IMG/VR virus record: IMGVR_UViG_3300017956_000004
DNA length: 64,000 nt
From: an uncultured virus (IMG/VR IMGVR_UViG_3300017956_000004)
Lineage: Duplodnaviria; Heunggongvirae; Uroviricota; Caudoviricetes
Reading direction: 5' to 3' (one strand)
Shown here: positions 50,101 to 58,900 of the stretch, piece by piece
How positions within the stretch are numbered: the stretch's first letter is position 1
How the letters are laid out: each line of letters begins with the position of its first letter
The notes under the pieces: generated by a model
Database searches by the model: none
Told to the model about the DNA's origin: nothing
Seen by the model: only the letters and a program-made list of their open reading frames with translations
Translations under genes and position numbers: made by a program

Positions 50101-53100
50101 ATAAAACTTCAAGTGTAGCAGAGCTATACAAATTTAAAGACTTACCTGACGGTACAGTGATACAGGTTGATAATGAACAAAACAACTCCAGCGAGTTGTG
50201 GATTTATATTTCTAATACAGCAGATTTTAAACAAATTAGTATTAGTGACGAAACACTACAATTTAATGATGCAGTGTTTACTGATAGCACAACTCCTCTA
50301 CTGAGTGCTGAACTCAGAAGTGTATTGATCGCTCTCAGAGACAAAGTGTTTGTAAACACTAACAAGTGGAACAAATTGTTCTTTGCTATGTTAAAGCATG
50401 CATATATGGAACAAAATCAGTTAGATTGGGCATTTAAGACTTCTTATTTGTATGTAGAAAAAGAAGAAGACGACTTAATAGCAGTGTCTGGATTTAAACC
50501 AGATAACTTCCAGAAAGTATTGGATTACATGAATGAGGTCAAGCCTTATACAAGTAAAATCAGAGAATACAAAGATGGTAAGAAAACTCCTATAGAATAT
50601 ATAGGTGAGAGCTCATTAAGCGATTTTGATAATCCACCATATGTGGATAATATCAGTAACACTGTGATTATACTGGATGAAACCAATCCAGAAGATTTAA
50701 AAATAATGCAAAACAGTATTGCACACAGTGATTATATTACAGTCACAGATAAAAGTCAATCTCCAATACGTACAGCAAATACCAAATTAGTGTTTGACCG
50801 CACTAACTGGTTACCAACCATGAGAAACTGGAACAAGGAAACTACTCCAGTTAATATGAGTATTGCAGAAAACTTTGCTAACATTGTTCCTCTATATACA
50901 TCTAATATATCGCTACAAGCAGATGCTCAAGGGTATCTACAAGTGGCGAATGAAATTCGTGCTGTTGACAGAATTTTGGCATACTCACCAGATGCTAAGG
51001 CTACATTTATTGCTGAAATTAATACGTATTTTGATGATGTCACTGCTTACAATAACGCAGATATCATAACAAACAGCACTGTACTTTACAACATGATAGA
51101 AGATGGTGGACTGGATAGGACTCTTGCTCTGCTTAAGAAAGAAGTGGGTGGTAACTTCCGTGGCGAAACACTGGATGCACAAAAATTTCAAACCATAATT
51201 GATGATGTAAATTACATAAATCAAATTATCAAAGAGTTTGGATTTGATAGCCAAGGCTTTGACAGCATGTTAAGCATCAATGATACCACATATACTGACG
51301 ACCGTAATGCAAATAATTACGGTATAGTAACAACAATAGGTGTTGGTGATACGTCATGGGACAGCACAAAAGAATTAGTAAATTACCAAGGCGTTTTTGA
51401 TACTGATAAGCAAGGCAATGTAACACTACGTAGAAATGAAGAAAATTACGAAGGTTTTGATGGAGTAACATTCCAGAGAGTATTGTACGGCGAAGAACGT
51501 CCAGAAGAAATGGCGCTGATTGATCCACTAGAAAGTTTAGTTATGACCGTTACTACCTCAGAATTTGCACTGGGTGAAAATGTTATTACTACACAATACG
51601 ATCCGCATGATGTTGCAAATGCAAATGTAATTCACAGTGGAATTTCACTTAGTGATATAGAAATTGTTAATCCAGGTATAGGCTATGTAAATCCAACATT
51701 ACGTATTACAGACAGCACAGGGTATGGCCCAACCACACCAGCAAGTGCAAATGTAATAGTTAATTCAAGTGGTAGTATAACTGGGTTTGCTAACGTTGTT
51801 AGTGGTAGCGGATATAATTCCTTTAGATTTACATTAACAGATGACATAAGATTAACAACATTTGGTGATAAATCAATTACTGAAAACACCATAGAACTAT
51901 TAAGTAATGTAAATGCTAGAGTTGGGCAGATACTATATTATAATTCAAATCTGCTGGGTGAAATTTTAGATATTAATAATAACACCATAACATTAAGCTC
52001 TCCGTTAAGTTTGTTTATACCAACAGGCAGCACATTATCAGCATCAGGCAAGGATTTTTATGCAAGGGCTGTTGTGCCAACAACCACACAAACAGTGTTA
52101 GTGGACAAAGACTATGTCATACAGTCCTGGGAAAATGTTTCATATACATTTAGCAGTGTGTCCGGTAATAACGATTATGTGTCCGTTGCAAATGTGGAAT
52201 TCAGACATTTTAATGATGGCACAATAACAAATATTATTTCAGGCAGTGACCCTGATGAAACAGATGCTGTATATTATGTAGACACTGTTAACGGTTGGGA
52301 CACAGCAAATGTAGACGCAGCTCAGGGCTCTTTTGATGTTCAAACAAATGATGCAACAGCACTAGTGGTTGAAAAGATTCCTTATGGTGCAGAAGTTAAG
52401 CACAGGGTTCATCTAAATTTATTTGGTTCTACAGATTACTTAAGAATCAGACCAGAAACCACTACACATATTGTGGGCAATGTTTATTCGTATAGTGAAA
52501 AGATAACACTGGACAATGACAATTTCCTAATTGATCCTACAACCAGAGACCCTGGTGTTATTTGGGTAGGCAGTGAGCAGATAAAATATGCAAGGCGCAG
52601 TGGAAAAACAATTAGTTTGCTAACACGCGGTGTTGCAGGCACCACAATACAGGATCACGTAGATGGTACAGAGGTATACAGTGGAGAGTTTACTGAACTG
52701 TTTAACCACTTGAACCCAGCAGCAAATATATGGTTGGATACAGGTACCAGATACGAGCTGCCTGCAAGTTGGGACGAAGCGATAGACTTGACACCAAGTA
52801 ATCCTAACGATAACCTTTGGAACGTACAAGTTGCATGGGACGAAATATCCAACAGTAATATCACAATCAGTAATGTATCTGCTAATGTTACAACGGTAAC
52901 AACAGCAAATGGTAATGTTACATCAGCAGTATTAGAATTAAGTGGTAATGCTAATCTTGCAGTGGACGAAGGTGTCAGAATAACAAATGGCAGTAACGCA
53001 CAAGTTGTATTAGTGGATCAAATTAGCGGTTCTAATGTAACACTGGTTGCTGATCACAGAGATGTAATGTTTAGTAATGTGTTTGTACAAAGTGCTACAG

Positions 53101-53255
53101 TTACATTGTCGTCGTTCAATTATGCTGGCCAAGAAGCAGGAGATACTTGGGACAACGCAGTTATTGCTGGACAGTCTGCACAAAGTTTGGCTGACAGAGC
53201 TAACGCAGACTACACAACACTTAACAGTATTATGAGGTTCTTGCATAACTTATAA
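44187..53255 (+). CDS. Giant baseplate wedge protein, C-terminal part
   Basis: AAGGAG RBS; LWDPFKG, VGQVWWD, FPGSS..V.EWVES, YYYWV, KYGI..RPRQTMF, DWAFKTS, EVKPY..KIREY, RPEE. Confidence 0.75.
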   Translation: MKIKPTVVTAPPLPGVPDYIAPWQYRRYQNLLAQEKVSAYTTSGGYTNEQLRLAARAMGKCPPGYENKCRVLSLDYGSDTPFISPAPGISPMASLNNKQVKVSKNRTLNARATNERVWNGTKYITTYGNNSGAGTPEMAVWRSMPSSFAQPKKQTVSPELYGYATDGTNGISENRFISVTHQRVSGGNIVENRRKLTVVPRVPKTLNYIVLQEGDQSKTLKNLSGLNQTTKFYTQPPKVGTTVSVNGQTFQNIQLPGGSGFEGVPPVKGPGDPIGNGGGGGGGGGDGGGGGGGGGGGPNIVDPDAPQFNLLDINGVRFNQKPAIDITPLEIDSQGNYFAGGPKARAYMSSPTPEVSFPANDLFGIAENTELLINGRKVIIRGGGLSDIKTQVNCGSMGVEAFIEKGDSEEQDTITLVSCNGNPFTIANGCGGGTYQQVGDFHINRGFEQQRNKTVNSNAHLISSSLSTYKDEDGSLNKTNFGYFGPGGNAKDLNPEIGKQEYLKFYPVPASTNDISGIGSKANPFFIDTESTTTTFTTSGSGYRVGDRLRLVGGTPVTNSKGPITKVCIENAGSGYKNPANLQILFDSSDNSGIGAVAVVTALDENGGIAEIVMRNGGAGYDFKKPPKVSIYDATPTTTEYTSIDAAWPAQPYGANIEVTANQYVRIDAQTEVLDALGKVVGNEVQSRYLLATGDHAFGEMVEVAKKELFTGTNNVTNIERIEDNKYKNRVKFTLANTTDLVTPGTGKGMRPNSYVMVTHYPVGAITGPLEILGHTGNATVNFEYSVEYNPQLEQTYLNQNSRTTSPITDIQVSRREVALYANVSGNIECVGHSYMYNPNDSSDGGNITLSQIYDTSGNPVLANATNSLADGGNVWICPSTVSKFWIPEHYDDGSVFGDTDTSTPYFVINHPDFSTDAAVSQAFPANTDVKVYNIQPWWNGIRNVSNPPFIDSIDPRTPKNEPVLSAKIGIDGDTGEFLDDSEGGRNYKTFAGPIRAAKFIVTGVDSQGAITSLRVIDRGLYANFPSDLTYGIPLEYDYATDGSVSIPEGKAGTSVGQDIRGNTLGVVDPSRNNIAYGTKEHPEYTRYSNFKSGRGIFVNDSDLVIDGMDDPEEWEGRKDWIVGKVEDNGQGPANSAGLAALLAATQDQWGNKVVIWYMRWLAAGRPKTQYRLQFPVESSYLADLLNRTEESLEDSETVGGITYNPKEILASYRESQAALANRSDLIPYKHGDWASYQEFFYDGKSFQPYTGSPGAYDPSTYVALNPTELRLKGPAKMFAEGKLLRKDRLIELDPKSIEYGLYKGTRTTGEYQLAGGTGARVFLTAQEVPNCSEKGTAKESLNLPDEVVEVNTPRAFTRALNNALTGAGYSPTDIKFKFTDLGDIGQIDLVSTYPGFEIDEPNPGFIEKLGLPKGTYNTAMLCIEATLNDPTLTNDSANAIIDQFYDSEYFGALTGSDLANVTGLPSDLQSLENTAVLSLLCVDKVGPANNPPLYLSPGATGAPYTGMPPAVPLNDNNSIFNGGYKTVITELFKYDLTNIYGDKLRLGSTEPKQTTDVSIFSSKRFNDFNSISLYATPIEDTIVIPEVHNQANAWVDNYNGGWAYLENGKTIRSQSNLTDTKFITNVLAYDRDTGIKNSDLNLWDPFKGVLPGVIQNEIHHINEIDPVAYTNTRSSFGRTKVGQVWWDTSTIRYEWYEQGTNEERHRHWGRTFPGSSVTVCEWVESKALPQNWNGNGSPRWRDRYITERHHDPVTGEYEQYYYYWVQNRTILDDRVKRNWNRQFDVETIAKYISNPVGYGLNVVAFVSPESFNLYNTNQYITDNDTHIQINYSSNLNPDGLKHTAWKLMRENDDASDVPQHLSDKLIDSLASQDAIGQTVPDFTLSYAEKYGIGFRPRQTMFVDIREARRVMANVLNELLADIKLETQYPEWDSDVEHYGYTWSRTNWYEKLRTDNQTNKVIRYDDSYKPVYKTSSVAELYKFKDLPDGTVIQVDNEQNNSSELWIYISNTADFKQISISDETLQFNDAVFTDSTTPLLSAELRSVLIALRDKVFVNTNKWNKLFFAMLKHAYMEQNQLDWAFKTSYLYVEKEEDDLIAVSGFKPDNFQKVLDYMNEVKPYTSKIREYKDGKKTPIEYIGESSLSDFDNPPYVDNISNTVIILDETNPEDLKIMQNSIAHSDYITVTDKSQSPIRTANTKLVFDRTNWLPTMRNWNKETTPVNMSIAENFANIVPLYTSNISLQADAQGYLQVANEIRAVDRILAYSPDAKATFIAEINTYFDDVTAYNNADIITNSTVLYNMIEDGGLDRTLALLKKEVGGNFRGETLDAQKFQTIIDDVNYINQIIKEFGFDSQGFDSMLSINDTTYTDDRNANNYGIVTTIGVGDTSWDSTKELVNYQGVFDTDKQGNVTLRRNEENYEGFDGVTFQRVLYGEERPEEMALIDPLESLVMTVTTSEFALGENVITTQYDPHDVANANVIHSGISLSDIEIVNPGIGYVNPTLRITDSTGYGPTTPASANVIVNSSGSITGFANVVSGSGYNSFRFTLTDDIRLTTFGDKSITENTIELLSNVNARVGQILYYNSNLLGEILDINNNTITLSSPLSLFIPTGSTLSASGKDFYARAVVPTTTQTVLVDKDYVIQSWENVSYTFSSVSGNNDYVSVANVEFRHFNDGTITNIISGSDPDETDAVYYVDTVNGWDTANVDAAQGSFDVQTNDATALVVEKIPYGAEVKHRVHLNLFGSTDYLRIRPETTTHIVGNVYSYSEKITLDNDNFLIDPTTRDPGVIWVGSEQIKYARRSGKTISLLTRGVAGTTIQDHVDGTEVYSGEFTELFNHLNPAANIWLDTGTRYELPASWDEAIDLTPSNPNDNLWNVQVAWDEISNSNITISNVSANVTTVTTANGNVTSAVLELSGNANLAVDEGVRITNGSNAQVVLVDQISGSNVTLVADHRDVMFSNVFVQSATVTLSSFNYAGQEAGDTWDNAVIAGQSAQSLADRANADYTTLNSIMRFLHNL
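45015..45077 (+). repeat. (GGN)n low-complexity tract encoding G9-D-G11
   Basis: GGC/GGA/GGT triplet run seen directly. Confidence 0.95.
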
Positions 53256-53286
53256 TTAACATTGTATTTAATAAAAGCGATAAATA
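53256..53286 (+). promoter_or_regulatory. Degenerate palindromic box plus late promoter
   Basis: TTAACATTGTATTTAA-N7-GATAAATA, then 5 nt to ATG 53292. Confidence 0.6.
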
Positions 53287-53291
53287 AGAGT

Positions 53292-53963
53292 ATGAGCAAC
53301 AATCAAAAAGAACAGGAACTAAAAGAAATGAAATCCAGCACAAGCAAGCCTGATGATAAAATGGGCGTCAATGTAAGCGGTCATATTCTAATCAGAGATA
53401 AAGAAACCGGAGAAGAGTTAGTAAACAAGAGAAATGCTATCCACTACGGTAACATGGCGTACATGGTTGCACAGGCATTGAACAACCAATCAGGTGCATA
53501 CATTCATTACATGGTGTTTGGTAATGGTGCAACAAGTGTTGACACTGCTGGTAAAGTTTCCTACAAAGCACCCAGGGTAACAGAAGCATACGAATCAGGT
53601 GCTAACTTATATAGTAGAACATACTGGAAGCCAGTAAGTGCAAGCTCTGTAAATACAGACCAAGATAATAACAGAATTGATATCATACCAGGAAGTAGTT
53701 ATACTGACATCAAAGTTACTTGTACATTATCATATGGCGAGCCTTCCGGGCAAAGTAAATTTGATAACAGTTTAACGAACGAAGGTGAATATGTTTTCGA
53801 TGAATTAGCACTGTTTAGTTACCCAAGTGATGATACCTTGGCAACAGAAGAAGAAAGAATTAATACAAGCACTATGTTGACACATGTGATATTCCACCCT
53901 GTGCAAAAAAGTGCTAACCGTGTGATAGAAGTTATCTACACAGTAAGAGTACAGTTAAGTTAA
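53292..53963 (+). CDS. Virion structural protein (baseplate periphery / fibre connector, inferred)
   Basis: GHILIRD, KRNAIHY.NM, FGNG, YGEP.GQ, FDELAL, LTHVIFHPVQKS.NR; lies between wedge and fibre genes. Confidence 0.6.
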   Translation: MSNNQKEQELKEMKSSTSKPDDKMGVNVSGHILIRDKETGEELVNKRNAIHYGNMAYMVAQALNNQSGAYIHYMVFGNGATSVDTAGKVSYKAPRVTEAYESGANLYSRTYWKPVSASSVNTDQDNNRIDIIPGSSYTDIKVTCTLSYGEPSGQSKFDNSLTNEGEYVFDELALFSYPSDDTLATEEERINTSTMLTHVIFHPVQKSANRVIEVIYTVRVQLS

Positions 53964-53974
53964 GAGGATAAAAC

Positions 53975-55969
53975 GTGCCATATGTAATTAATAACAGAAG
54001 CGGCGATTCCATAATTATACCTGATGGCGATCTTAATCAGGACTACAGTGTTGATTTAATAGGTCGTAATTATGAAAATTATGGTGCAGTTGTGGCGTCC
54101 ACAACTGTGGACATGTTAGACAATTTTGCACACAGTAGTCCTCCAAATAAAGCAGTTGACGGCCAATTATGGTACGATAACGTATATAAAAAAATTCGTG
54201 TTAAAGATGGCACATCAGGTGCATGGATACCCACAGGTATTATAGTATCGGCTACTGCACCCAATAATGATTTTAGCCAAAAACAGCCTGGTACAGCATA
54301 TTTTAATACAACAGAAAACTTATTTTATATTCATGATGGAACAGATTTTAGACAATCTTCATTAGCTGCAGGTGTAATTGATACACAGTCTACATACTCA
54401 GGCGCCAGTATTGGTGGCACACCCACAGAGTATGGTAGCAGAATAAGACATATATTTTTATTAGACACTGATGGTGTATCACGCAGTGTATTAGCATTGG
54501 TGTATACAAACCAGCAGTTATATCAGAGTGCTGACTATTACAATAACGAAAAAATAATTGCGATTTTTAGTGGACACTCAGACATTTTCACAGCCGCAGA
54601 TGGTAATAGTGGGGTAAGTGGTACAGCACACAATTTTTATAACCAACTAAGTCAATCAGGTGGAATAGGCATAACTATACGTCCGGGTATCAATATAAGA
54701 ACAGATGATCAGGGCCGTGTTAATTTTGCAGAAGTATCCGAACGTGCAAATGCCAGTTACAATTTAAACACTGGTGAGTTTGGTGCTGATGGTGCCAATA
54801 TCACAGCAAGCAATGTTTATCATAAAAATGCACACCTGATTTCCAATCAACATGACACTTACGATTTAGGTAATGCAACAACTACATTTAATGATGGTTA
54901 TATCACAAATTTATTTTTAGGTAATGGTACATCTGGCGGTATACAAAATAATGGTAGTAGTGTAGTTGATATTGGTACAGCACTGTCTCCGCTAAACAAT
55001 GCATACATCACAAATGTTGTTGTGTATGGAGACCTAGAAACACGAGGCGGTGGCAACATTGGTAATGCGGACAACAGAATTGAAAATCTATACGCAAACA
55101 CTATAAATGCTAATACTGTAATAATAGACGGTTATACTCTACCAACAAGTGCCGGTAATGATGACGACATGCTAGTACTGGGTAGCACAGGCAATGTGGT
55201 GTTCAAACCTCAACCCAAACGCATTGCTAATCTCACAAGCACTACCAACAGTATAGATTTTACTGAAACCACAACTACTGTGGAAGACGCAGTTAACGGA
55301 GTTACACTTGTAACATACGATTATGATTACAGAGCAAATGTACCATATATGCGTGGTCAATTTGGTGTGGCTAACACTTCAAACTTATCTTATAACTCTG
55401 TGTCAGGTGAGTTTGACATAACCCGTGTTACACCACTGGACGGATTTGAGCCAGGGGATTTTGTGCGTACCGGAAACTATAATCAAACTGTGCTAGGTGA
55501 AAAAACTTTTCAGGGTCACACAACAATAAATGCTAATATTACACTGGGCGGTACGAGAATTAACCATACTGGTACATTGGATTTTGTGGACTCTGAGGGA
55601 CAAACAATCAGGTTCAACACAACTGGTGGCATCACAGCAGATGGTGACATCACAGCATTCAGTGATTTAAGATTAAAGAAAAATTTAAGTGCTATACCGC
55701 ATGCACTTGATAAAGTAAAAGAATTAACAGGTTATACATACAATAGATCAGATAAACCACAAGATACTAAACGTTACACCGGCTTAGTAGCACAAGAAGT
55801 GCAACAAGTACTGCCTGAAGCAGTAACACAGGACGACAGTACACCAGATGGTATGTTGGGAGTAGCATACGGCAACATGGTGGGACTGCTTGTGGAAGCC
55901 GTCAAAGAACTAAGTGGTACAGTGGAGGAATTGCAGGCTAAGATAGATGAGCTAGAGCGTTCCAAATAA
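53975..55969 (+). CDS. Tail fibre with a C-terminal peptidase S74 intramolecular chaperone
   Basis: GTG start with GAGGA RBS; C-terminal FSD.RLK.N......ALDKV..L.GYTY...G..AQEVQ.VLPEAV...V.YGNMV.LLVEA.KEL. Confidence 0.85.
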   Translation: MPYVINNRSGDSIIIPDGDLNQDYSVDLIGRNYENYGAVVASTTVDMLDNFAHSSPPNKAVDGQLWYDNVYKKIRVKDGTSGAWIPTGIIVSATAPNNDFSQKQPGTAYFNTTENLFYIHDGTDFRQSSLAAGVIDTQSTYSGASIGGTPTEYGSRIRHIFLLDTDGVSRSVLALVYTNQQLYQSADYYNNEKIIAIFSGHSDIFTAADGNSGVSGTAHNFYNQLSQSGGIGITIRPGINIRTDDQGRVNFAEVSERANASYNLNTGEFGADGANITASNVYHKNAHLISNQHDTYDLGNATTTFNDGYITNLFLGNGTSGGIQNNGSSVVDIGTALSPLNNAYITNVVVYGDLETRGGGNIGNADNRIENLYANTINANTVIIDGYTLPTSAGNDDDMLVLGSTGNVVFKPQPKRIANLTSTTNSIDFTETTTTVEDAVNGVTLVTYDYDYRANVPYMRGQFGVANTSNLSYNSVSGEFDITRVTPLDGFEPGDFVRTGNYNQTVLGEKTFQGHTTINANITLGGTRINHTGTLDFVDSEGQTIRFNTTGGITADGDITAFSDLRLKKNLSAIPHALDKVKELTGYTYNRSDKPQDTKRYTGLVAQEVQQVLPEAVTQDDSTPDGMLGVAYGNMVGLLVEAVKELSGTVEELQAKIDELERSK

Positions 55970-55993
55970 TAGGTAAAGGTAGGAATTGTTTTA

Positions 55994-58900
55994 ATGGCCA
56001 TTGAAATCCCAATAAGAGCCAGCGATATAAGAGATGAGTTCAGTTACTTTTTAACTGACAATCCCAACGAAGCGCCAATCGATGTCTTTCAGATATCGGA
56101 TTACTATGGCATGCCCATATATTATCCCAATGGTCGTCGCAGACCTGACGGAACTCCCATACTAACACCCAGTGGTGAGATACAACTTGCCAGAGTACTA
56201 CCAGAAAACGGACCACTATCATTTAGCGACTTTTTGGGTTCTGTGGGATATTTTGCCGCATATCCTGATCCAACAATTACGCTTGCCTTAGGCAATGATA
56301 CATTTAATGGTTGGAGCAATTACACCCTGATTAATATGGATGTGGTGGTTAATGTAGATTCACGTAATAGCGAGATTGTTCCTTGGCGTCCAGACATCAC
56401 CAGAAGAGAAATTATTGTGGAGTGGCAAGAACTGAACACCGGTAATAATACTTGGAGCACATCGCAAACTCGTACTTTTACTGATGTAGGTCAAGCTGCA
56501 GACAGTTTCGGCTTGTCTACAAGGGCTGAAAATACATATTATTTCAGAGTTAAAACCACAGCAATATCATATGCTTTAAACGATGACCTGGTACCGTACG
56601 GTGGTGAATTAGGAGCACTAAGAGAAGTTTCCAGAAGTGAAAAAATTAGTGATACTATTACAGTAGATTATACACCTTATCAACCAGCGGATCCAATAGT
56701 AACACCATCTGCAGAAGATGCGTTTTGGAATGACTATAGGGGGGATGACGGAGCCCGTGTAGGTACTTATAGTATAGCTAAGTACACCTTTGACAATAGT
56801 TTTCCTGTTCCTCCAGACCCAATGCTAAGGTGGCGAGGAACTCAATATAATCCAAATAAACTTGGATTAAAAGTTGTGTTTGATCCAGCATACGGTAGAA
56901 GCCCACAAGAAACTGTAGTATATGATTGGGAATACTATGATCCGGCTATAGATACAAAGTACGATGATCTCACAGTAGGAGATGTGGGCTGGAGATCTAT
57001 TAATGATTCCGAGTATCCAATAGTTCCTTATCCTGATGACGTGGAGTACGGAACCGGTGGGCATCACAGGATACAATGGAACAGTGTTACTGATACCTCA
57101 CTGGATCAGATTAAATTTCGTATGAAATGTACAGCAACACAAGCACTGTACGACCCACAGGAAACGAACATCACAGTAAATTATACTTATGATGATTACC
57201 TGATTAATGTGGATATAATGCCCTTGACACCCGATTATACTTTAACTGGTACTAGTGGTGTAGTTAACGGGGGTGTTTTCACTGAGAAGTTTAGAGCAGT
57301 CAATATGCCAGATGACCACCATTACTACTGGCGAGTGATTGCAGACCCTACTTCCAGCGGCAACCCTACTAGCGGTGATTTTGTATCTGATAGTGGTGAC
57401 TTTGAACTGCCTATGGAATTTACTAATCCCAGGAACATAGGTGAAAAGGTGTTTCAGATAACAACTCGATTCGATGGCGATACAGCCACAGAAAAATTTA
57501 TCCTACAAATGTTCACAGAGAATCCAACCAGCACTTCGACTCCTGCGGTTTCTAAAAATCTAACCATTGTATATGGCCCACCGGCTTATAAAATTTTTGT
57601 CCAAACCCGGGTACCCGAGGTGGACTACATAGGTTACATTGATGGAGTAAAGACCTGGAGTACTAATGAAGACACAGCATTTACGGTGGAAACCATAATA
57701 GATAATCTGGGGGACGTAGGATACCAGTGGCGGTACACCAGAACTTATGCTGGTAATGATGGTACTGGTGAAGCCGATTTTTCTTATATTGGTAATTTTA
57801 ACTCGATACCTACTAACACCACATATAATCGTGACGCTACAGTTACTGAATCAACAGATACAAAGATTAGGGCCGGAGATAAATTTACCATGTATGCTCG
57901 CAAGGACTCACCATATGGTGGTGTTGCGACAAACTTTGAGCAATTTAAAATTGAATTACTGGTTGGTGGTGTAGTTCGTGACCAGTTTAATCTAAGAGTT
58001 TACGATTTTACAACTTATGAGATTAATGAGTGGGGCACATCGTATGGCTTCAGTTCACAATGGACATATACCGAAAACATTGATGGCGGTAGTGTAACTG
58101 CCGCCGCCCCTACAAAAAGTATTACTCACTCTAATACACCACATGTGAGTTGGCACACGTATGGTGAAGGCACACTTTATTATAGATGGGTTGTATATAA
58201 TCCATATTGGGGTAACAAGGCGGCTTTTAATGATGGTTATAATTGGTTTTGGGCCACCAGTGCTTTCAGCGGTAGTTCTAAAGATGGTTGGGCGCCGGTT
58301 GGCTCTAGACCGAATACAACCTTTGGGACAAACAATAGTCAGAATGTAATCACTAACCAAGGGTATAATAACCTGGTATTCAGTAACTGGAAAAGTGGGT
58401 GGCGAAGCGATTTACAAAACTATATTCAAAATGTTACCTGGGGTCTACAGTTCCTTGCCATTGCAGCCAATGGCTATGGCAAAGCAGTTAACACTACTTC
58501 TAAGGTTAAAGCCAACATTACAGAAAATCGTGTATACGTTCCCACAGGTATAGTAAGTGTAACAAACGGCAGAAGATACAAAGAAGGTGAGGATATGAAC
58601 CTCATAATAGGAATACGTACTTCCAGAATGAATCAGAGAAAGGTTAAAATTATGCTGGATGAGGGTGGCCCTGGAAGTTATAGACTGGTAGGCTGGCCAC
58701 AGTTTGGTCCACAGCATCCAGATTATAGTCACCCTGTGAGTGAGTATACGGATCCCACTACTGATAAGCAGGAACTCATAATTACAAAGGACTACATGGA
58801 GGTAAACATGGGTTCAGTGTTCACCCAGTATAACTTCAGAGAAGATACAGGCTATGAAATGATAGGCGGACTGAGTACACCAGATCGAACTTATATTAGA

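Noticed and set aside
53241..53255. Terminal His-Asn in the 3022-aa protein as an intein end
   Set aside because: It is followed by Leu and a stop rather than Cys/Ser/Thr; no intein blocks were seen here or in the portal, gp46 or gp47 genes
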